DNA of 62,978 bases, the filler included, from Rhabdomonas costata (taxonomy: Eukaryota): assembly GCA_019059605.1 (NCBI GenBank). It is 45 parts of 45 records of this genome, joined end to end, with 100 filler letters (N's around TTAATTAATTAA, not from the genome) between each part and the next. Parts side by side here need not be neighbours in the genome. Positions count along the whole stretch, not along the records: positions 61,680 to 62,978 come from JAHMHO010020092.1; 44 more parts are not named here. One strand, given 5' to 3'. The position numbers and the translations under genes were made by a program. A model generated the notes under the pieces. The model saw nothing but the letters and a program-made list of their open reading frames with translations. It had not been told where the DNA came from and did not search any database. Shown in pieces: positions 62,573 to 62,978 of the stretch; the stretch's first letter is position 1; each line of letters starts with the position of its first letter.

Positions 62573-62978
62573 CTGCAACAAAACGCACCAAAATCGCACC
62601 AAGAGCACTCCCTATGTATTGCGGCGGTTGCGGTTCCAGCCTTTCACTATCCCTCGACCAAAGGCCTCAAACTGCAAAAAGAAATATCGTCAGTGAAACC
62701 ACAAACCTGCACATCAAGCAGAGTTGACCGAAGTTACCCTACTTGTAAGACGTTACCCAACAAAAAAAAATCTGGTCAACACGTCAGACACTGATTTAGC
62801 GAAGAGGACAGGCGGGAAAAGGGATGTCTTTATTTTGTAAAGTTCTTGCTGTGGACCGGGAACAGAAATCGACTGCGCATGACACTCTCTATTGTGTTCC
62901 TGTCTTGCTGACAAAGTCCCCCTTTCCTCTTTTTGTTTTCCATTCTGCAGCCGGTTGAGTGGACATGGGAAAGCACCA

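Overview
This window is not one locus. It is a concatenation of 45 unrelated contigs of about 1.3 kb, joined by 44 artificial 100-nt linkers (N44-TTAATTAATTAA-N44), so adjacency across linkers carries no meaning. Most contigs are fragments of an intron-rich eukaryotic nuclear genome with GC-rich exons, GT-AG introns, at least one GC-AG intron and very degenerate 5' splice sites. A VPV/EKV-rich articulin-like exon and several receptor-type adenylate cyclases suggest a euglenozoan (euglenid-like) protist; this is an inference. Recognisable spliced gene pieces: LeuC, CCT8, TatD, COG7, class III cyclases, HtrA/DegP, PI-PLC X-domain, inositol monophosphatase family, MmgE/PrpD, SGNH hydrolase, WD40, LamG, Sushi, ankyrin, Kelch, two kinases, and DUF229-, OFCC1- and tepsin-like proteins. 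One contig (29440-30741) is bacterial: trxA, REP-like palindromes, a secreted protein with an in-frame TAG, and the start of a KirBac-type channel. The most notable items are a 1176-bp circular or tandem unit (contig 1), a Ulp1-like protease in the same ORF as a Helitron-type zinc finger, oppositely oriented interleaved exons, and a decayed repeat family in three copies. Many contig ends carry library artefacts (C/A tails, fold-back hairpins). I cannot support a complete novel multi-gene system from fragments this short. All family calls come from motif recognition by eye, not database searches.
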